Shown piece after piece: positions 36,547-41,730 of a stretch of DNA of 41,730 nt. How positions within the stretch are numbered: position 1 is the stretch's first letter; each line of letters begins with the position of its first letter. Source of the DNA: Terriglobia bacterium. Its GTDB lineage: Bacteria > Acidobacteriota > Terriglobia > UBA7540. Both the position numbers and the translations under genes were made by a program. The notes below the pieces were generated by a model that saw nothing but the letters and a program-made list of their open reading frames with translations, searched no databases and was not told the origin of the DNA. Where the stretch lies: contig JBOGJY010000005.1 in NCBI GenBank assembly GCA_050745325.1, forward strand, positions 1-41,730, given 5' to 3'.

Positions 36547-39177
36547 CTATGGAGAGGGAATAGTTGCCGTGGCTTGGTTTGAGTCTCCGCTTTCTATACC
36601 TTGGGAATCCACGGCCGTTGTCACGTAGTAGTAGGTCTGTCCGGCATCAACCGTCGTGTCCGTGTAGGCTGTGCCTGTTTTCGGAGACGAATTGAGCTTT
36701 GTATAGGATCCCCCCGCGACCGTTCCCCGATAAACGTTGTAGCCTGTGATGTTTGAGGAAGTGCTAGCCCCCCAAGTCAACGTCACGGAGTGCTGGTTCA
36801 CTCCTGTGGCGGAGAGTGATGCGCCGGTAGGGGAATCGCTAGCGTTGCTGATGACGGAAATACCGCCCGTAACGCTGCCGGTCGAGGCAGGATGAAAGGT
36901 AACGCTGAAGCTGGTATTCTGGCCCGCCGCCAAGGTCAAGGGCAAGGCCGGCCCTGTAACGCTGAAACCCGCGCCGGAGGTGGTGGTCTGAGAAATCGTC
37001 ACGCTGGCGCTGCCGGTATCCGTCACGACCACAGGCAAATCGCTGCTGCTGCCCACAGTGACGTTTCCGAAGCCCAGACTGCTGGGAGTCGCGGAAAGCG
37101 CCTGGACAACTCCTGTGCCCAAAAGGGAGACGGAAAGAGGCGAGTCTGAAGCGGTACTGATGATTGAAATGTTGCCCGAGGCGCTTCCGGCGGTTGTAGG
37201 AGCAAACGTGGCGCTAAAACTGGTGCTTTGCCCGGCGGACAGGGTCAACGACAGTGGCAGGCCACTGATCTTGAATCCGCTCCCCGTGGCCACAGCCAGT
37301 GAAACGGTTGCGAGCCCAGTACCTGTATTGCTGAGAGTTACACTTTGGCTGCTGGCGCCGCCTACCGCTACGCTGCCGAAGTTAACGCTCGCAGGACTGA
37401 CCGCGATGCTCGTCGGAGATGGAGGAGGCAGGAGTCCTGATGCCGTGCGGAAGGCGACCATCTGCATGATCCACGACCCGGACGAGAGCGGCGCCGTGGC
37501 GGCATAGTTCCCCGTCGCCGTCATCATATGATCTTCCGCAATATCGCCGTCCGGCGACGTCATGAGCCTCTGGGCGAAGTTGCTGCCCGGGCCGCTAGTT
37601 AAGCTTGTAACAATGTTGGCGCCAAAGATTAAATCCGTTGGGCTAGTTGTCGTGGCCGAACCGCTGCTGCTCGTGGCGCTACTGCCGCTGCTGGCGGCGG
37701 TGACATCGACCGGATTGTTCGGGTCCGCTCCGCTGTATTCCAGAATCCGGATATCGGGGTAGGCCGCAGCGGTTGAGAAGGTCACTGTAACTGCATTGGC
37801 TCCCGCGGCCGCCGGCGCGATGCTCCTGGCGTAGTATATGGACTGCGACAGCGAGCCGTCGATAACTGTCGGTCCCACTGCGAGTGTGTAAGCGTTGCCG
37901 CTCTTATCGGCGACCTTACTGACAGCGGAGGTAGAATCGTTCCATCCGACGACAACGACGTTGAGGTCTCCAGCGGCCTGGGCGGCGGTGAAGGGGACCG
38001 TTACCGTTGTCTCAGCCGCTTGTGGCGTCGCGTAATTACCCTGTACGTAATTGATGGTTGACGTGACCACCGGTTGGGTAGCCGCGCTGGCCACGTTCGA
38101 GTACGGGCTCATGTTGCCGGCGGCGTCAGTGGCCCGTACCCGGTAACTGTAGTTCGTGTTGGAAGCTAGACCCGTGTCGTTATAAGTGATCCCGGCCGGA
38201 GTGGCAATCTGGGCAAAGTTCGTGCAGCCTGTGCCCTGGCACCGCTCGACCAGATAATTGGCCAGCCCCACGCTACTCTTCGAGGCTGTCCAACTCAGAT
38301 TGATCTGGCTTGTGCTCACCGCTGTTGCCGTCAGTTTACTGGGCGTTGTCGGCGGCAGGAGGTCTCCCACTGGGGTGCGGAAAGCGATCATCTGCATGAT
38401 CCATGCCCCGGACGAGAGAGGCGCCGTGGCGCTATAGCTTCCCTTCGCCGTCACCATCCGGTCTTCCGCAATGTCGCTGTCCGGTGACGAGAGCAATCTC
38501 TGGGCAAAGCCGCTGCCCGGCCCGCTAGTTGTGGTCGTAACGATGTTGGCGCCAAAGATCAGATCCGTGGCGTTGGTCGTGGTCGCCGAACCGCTGGTGC
38601 TCGTGGCGCTGCTGCCGCTGCGAGCGGCTGTGACATCGACCGGGTTGCTAAGATCCGCTCCGCTGTACTCCAGAATCCGAATGTCGGGGTAGGCGGCAGC
38701 GGTTGAGAAGGTCACTGTAACTGCGTTGGCTCCTGCGGCTGCCGACGCGATGTTCTTCGCGAAGTAAATGGACTGCGACATGGCGCCGCGGACGACCGTC
38801 GGTCCGACCGCGCGTGTATACGTGTTACCGCGCTTATCCGTAACCGACCTGACAGCCGCGGTGGTGTCGTTCCATCCGACAACGACGACATTGAGGTCGC
38901 CGGCGGCCTGGATCGCCGTGAAGGGAACTGTTACCGTGGTCTCCGCCGTTTGCGGCGTCGCGTAGTTACTCTGCACGTAGCTGATGGTTGGCGCGGCCAA
39001 CAAGACAGCCGGATACAACCAGCAAATGAGCGCTACTATAGCGGCGAACAGGACAGGACACGCAACCTTGCCATACCCAAGACCGTCGCCTGCCTTAGAT
39101 TTGCCAAGCGAGAAAATGCCTTGAGGACCCTGTGGCAGGTCGTGGACAAAAGAGCGAGAGCCGGCGTTTTCGTTCAT
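36547..39177 (-). CDS. Secreted modular surface protein: two ~204-aa repeats, FN3, two ASH domains, terminal truncated FN3
   Basis: GAGGT RBS before ATG. Hydrophobic LFAAIVALICWLYPAVLLA. Repeats at 38374-38985 and 37444-38055 match the 2082-aa protein; the C-terminus is nearly identical to the 563-aa protein. Confidence 0.88.
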   Translation of the reverse strand: MNENAGSRSFVHDLPQGPQGIFSLGKSKAGDGLGYGKVACPVLFAAIVALICWLYPAVLLAAPTISYVQSNYATPQTAETTVTVPFTAIQAAGDLNVVVVGWNDTTAAVRSVTDKRGNTYTRAVGPTVVRGAMSQSIYFAKNIASAAAGANAVTVTFSTAAAYPDIRILEYSGADLSNPVDVTAARSGSSATSTSGSATTTNATDLIFGANIVTTTTSGPGSGFAQRLLSSPDSDIAEDRMVTAKGSYSATAPLSSGAWIMQMIAFRTPVGDLLPPTTPSKLTATAVSTSQINLSWTASKSSVGLANYLVERCQGTGCTNFAQIATPAGITYNDTGLASNTNYSYRVRATDAAGNMSPYSNVASAATQPVVTSTINYVQGNYATPQAAETTVTVPFTAAQAAGDLNVVVVGWNDSTSAVSKVADKSGNAYTLAVGPTVIDGSLSQSIYYARSIAPAAAGANAVTVTFSTAAAYPDIRILEYSGADPNNPVDVTAASSGSSATSSSGSATTTSPTDLIFGANIVTSLTSGPGSNFAQRLMTSPDGDIAEDHMMTATGNYAATAPLSSGSWIMQMVAFRTASGLLPPPSPTSIAVSPASVNFGSVAVGGASSQSVTLSNTGTGLATVSLAVATGSGFKISGLPLSLTLSAGQSTSFSATFAPTTAGSASGNISIISTASDSPLSVSLLGTGVVQALSATPSSLGFGNVTVGSSSDLPVVVTDTGSASVTISQTTTSGAGFSVTGPALPLTLAAGQNTSFSVTFHPASTGSVTGGISVISNASDSPTGASLSATGVNQHSVTLTWGASTSSNITGYNVYRGTVAGGSYTKLNSSPKTGTAYTDTTVDAGQTYYYVTTAVDSQGIESGDSNQATATIPSP
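36602..37031 (-). repeat. ~430-bp direct repeat, copy 2
   Basis: Matches 34267-34696. Confidence 0.9.
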
Positions 39178-39260
39178 GTTTTACCTCATCTAAATAATAA
39201 TCATACTACTATTATATACATAGTATACATATTATACAAATAGCAACATATGAATACGTC
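39178..39260 (-). promoter_or_regulatory. AT-rich leader/promoter region of the 876-aa gene
   Basis: Abruptly AT-rich stretch directly upstream of the start in an otherwise GC-rich window. Several TATA-like hexamers; no specific promoter can be assigned. Confidence 0.4.
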
Positions 39261-40185
39261 GACCTCTGCAAAATTTATGAGGTAGATGTTCTAGACAGTT
39301 TTGAGGCTTAACGCCGTCTGAAGTCCAGAAGTGGTAGGCATTGTACAATGCCCTCTGTCGTCGGGCGACTCCAGCTGTGCAATCCTAAGAATGGTCACAC
39401 ACGTTGATGGCAGGCAAATCAGTTAATCCCTGGTCCAGTAGTACAGGCTCATCCTCCGCGCTACCCAGGCCCTTCACCTCACGATCCGCGCCGCCGTTGG
39501 CAAGCGCACCTGCTCACAGAATCTGTTGACGAATGAGCGCCGGAAACCGCTCGAAGCGCCCAATGACCATAAAGCCAATCGCTAAAAAGCTTTCAAATAT
39601 GGCGTATCAGACAGCATCTCTTCGACACCGCTACACGATGAACGTTGTACCTGTGATGTTCGGAAAACCGCTGGCCGCCTAAGTCGAAGTTACAGAATGC
39701 CTATGCGCCCGACCGACGGATGGCCACCATGTTGGCGTTCCCTGCTCCCCCCATGAAACCAGGAGGGCAGTGCTCGGCGCAACATAATCGATACTATCGG
39801 CTTTTTCAGTGACCTACTTGAGGCAATCGAACAAAAATTTCGATTGCCTTGCTGAACAAAGAAAACGCGGAACTTGGGGAAAAATCCCGCGTGGTTCATA
39901 ACCAGGTAGCTGTACGAGAGGACGGGTAACTAGCAAGTTACGCGCCAGGCGTTATAAAATTCTCATTTAATTGAGCCTCAAAGACTTGTTTGATCCCTGC
40001 CGAATGGCCGGACTGTAATTCTTACACAGAAGCGAGTAATACTTTCTAGCCCGGCGTTGTTTGGAAAATGAGCTTATCGAACAACGCCGCACTATAGCGC
40101 GGCATGCGCCCGCGACAAAAGCGCACACGACCGCTTTCTTCATTTGACGCAGCCTCGGCCCCGGGGTCGAATTACACAGGACGCC

Positions 40186-41322
40186 ATGGACGGACAATTA
40201 ACTAATCGCTTTGATTTTCTTGAGCAAAGGCTACAGCGGCTCGAAAACACAGCACTCTTAGGCCCCGAAACCCAGAAGATTGCCGCTCAGACAGAGCTAG
40301 AAACTGGCGAAGCCGAGTGTGAGACCAGTGTTTCCGATGGCCCCGGACACTATTGCGGCGAGGAATCTGAGCGGCCCCGCGATCAGGTTGGACCAGCTTT
40401 GATTTCTTCCGAAGAGTACGCGGGTACTCCCGGCACTCGCCCTTTTGCCGCTGTCTCCCCGCAGCCGAAAGCATCTGGGGGCGCGGGGACGCGTTCATCC
40501 CTCACCCATATCGCAAACGCAGATGAAAGCCGGATAATGTCCGATGCCAAGCTGGGCGTTCTTCAAATTAGCGTAATTCGGGACTGCCGGGAAAGGCTGA
40601 CCGCGCTGGTCGAAGAGGCCGTGGACGGCGCGGCTCACCGGCTAAGGGGTATGGCCGATCAAACGATTTTTTGTTTCATGGCCGATATAGAAAAGGCTCT
40701 GCAAAAGTCTGCGGGCGTCATCGCGAGCCAAACCATCGCGTTATTGGAGCAGGAGATTCAAATCGCAACGCGACATAGTTTTTATGCCGGACTGGCTGGT
40801 ATGAAATCGAACTCAGTGATAAGTGTGGCCGAAACAGGACGCGCGCATCCCGGAAAAGTGGTAGTTTCCAGCCAAGACGGCCGCCGGAGTTGGGAAGAGG
40901 CCGAACGGGAGCTCTCTACCGCGGTTGAAGCAATTCAAAGCAGCTCGGCCGCTTTATTGGCCAATCTGGACACCCGGCTACATGCGACCCTACAAGCTTT
41001 TGAAGAGAACACTGCGAAGCAGCTTGCCGCGAACTTCCAGAAGACAGCACGGGAGTTAATGGAGCGAGAAATCGAATCGCTGCGAAAGCCTTACGGAAAT
41101 TTGGATCAGCAAGCCTTGGAGGCTGGAACAACTCCTCGGAGCCCCGGGGCTGCGACTGAAAGATCCGCCCTCCAGCCAGCCACGCGATCCGGCGTCCCAG
41201 CCGCCGCCTCCACTATGGATTCCAAAGTGCAAGCTGCGGACCCTCTCAACTGCGAAATCGCTCAAAAACAACGGAAGCCCCGAAAAAAAGAATCTACTTG
41301 GCGTATTCTCGGCCTCAGCTAG
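40186..41322 (+). CDS. Hypothetical protein, probably helical/coiled-coil with disordered linkers
   Basis: Long ORF with ATG 40186 after AGGA. Glu/Ala/Gln-rich helical segments; no recognisable family motif. Confidence 0.65.
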   Translation: MDGQLTNRFDFLEQRLQRLENTALLGPETQKIAAQTELETGEAECETSVSDGPGHYCGEESERPRDQVGPALISSEEYAGTPGTRPFAAVSPQPKASGGAGTRSSLTHIANADESRIMSDAKLGVLQISVIRDCRERLTALVEEAVDGAAHRLRGMADQTIFCFMADIEKALQKSAGVIASQTIALLEQEIQIATRHSFYAGLAGMKSNSVISVAETGRAHPGKVVVSSQDGRRSWEEAERELSTAVEAIQSSSAALLANLDTRLHATLQAFEENTAKQLAANFQKTARELMEREIESLRKPYGNLDQQALEAGTTPRSPGAATERSALQPATRSGVPAAASTMDSKVQAADPLNCEIAQKQRKPRKKESTWRILGLS

Positions 41323-41600
41323 AGGCCGATTGCTGTGGCGCAGGTTCTTCTACGGTTGAACCTGTGGTTCGATGCGCTAGCGCCCGCTCGCTATTACCCC
41401 GCTTTTCGCCCGCCTTCATAAGACACTCGCCAGATAACCGTACACCCGTTGCCCGTCCATCCGCAGAGACCCATTCGCTGACACCGACACCCCTGCCATT
41501 CAACTATATAGCTCCTGCCAGTTATCCTTACTCCAAGCGTGGCCCTTCTCATACGAATTTGACGTCAACCATAGGATCGTTTAGTGGAATGCAGCGCTGA

Positions 41601-41676
41601 TGTCATCCTGAGCGCAGCGAAGGATCTGCTTGTAAGGTGTGAGAAAAGCAGATTCTTCGCTACGCTCAGAATGACA
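41601..41676. repeat. TGTCAT...ATGACA palindromic element (REP/MITE-like)
   Basis: 31-bp arms TGTCATCCTGAGCGCAGCGAAGGATCTGCTT / AAGCAGATTCTTCGCTACGCTCAGAATGACA with 3 mismatches and a 14-bp spacer. Confidence 0.8.
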
Positions 41677-41730
41677 CCGTGAGGAACTCCAGCCCCCACT
41701 TAAATGCTATGTTTGACCGAAAATTGGTAT

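Noticed and set aside
39690..40197. Short minus-strand ORFs of 69 and 76 aa
   Set aside because: No motifs or convincing RBS; coding status unsupported.

Overview
A GC-rich bacterial surface-glycan locus, probably from Acidobacteriota (inferred from the PQQ-like propeller and ASH/choice-of-anchor D protein types). It is almost all on the + strand and continues beyond the left edge. In order, the + strand carries: a secreted beta-helix-like protein; a Wzy/O-antigen-ligase-like membrane protein; two GT2 glycosyltransferases interleaved with two SAM methyltransferases, two tandem hexapeptide acyltransferases and a pyruvyl-transferase-family protein; a Wzx flippase; an SDR; a 2082-aa modular secreted protein; a six-gene nucleotide-sugar cassette (RfbC, DUF4910, extended SDR, C-methyltransferase, RfbF-like, PIG-L); a deacetylase-like protein; a FemAB-like GNAT; a LamG-VanZ fusion; and an exosortase-system block (chain-length protein, ExeA-like ATPase, tyrosine kinase, NarL-type regulator, exosortase). 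Two convergent minus-strand surface proteins built from shared modules follow, then a coiled-coil hypothetical protein. Three REP-like palindromes are present, one translated inside a gene. The most striking pattern: both minus-strand proteins end in an FN3 domain lacking its first beta-strand, the secreted beta-helix protein ends in an orphan FN3 first strand (PPTNLQA), and one FN3 of the giant protein has that strand separated from the rest by a ~210-aa insert. This suggests an untested split-FN3 strand-complementation docking system. No PEP-CTERM substrate, EpsI, priming glycosyltransferase or Wza is visible. All calls come from reading motifs by eye; no searches were run.
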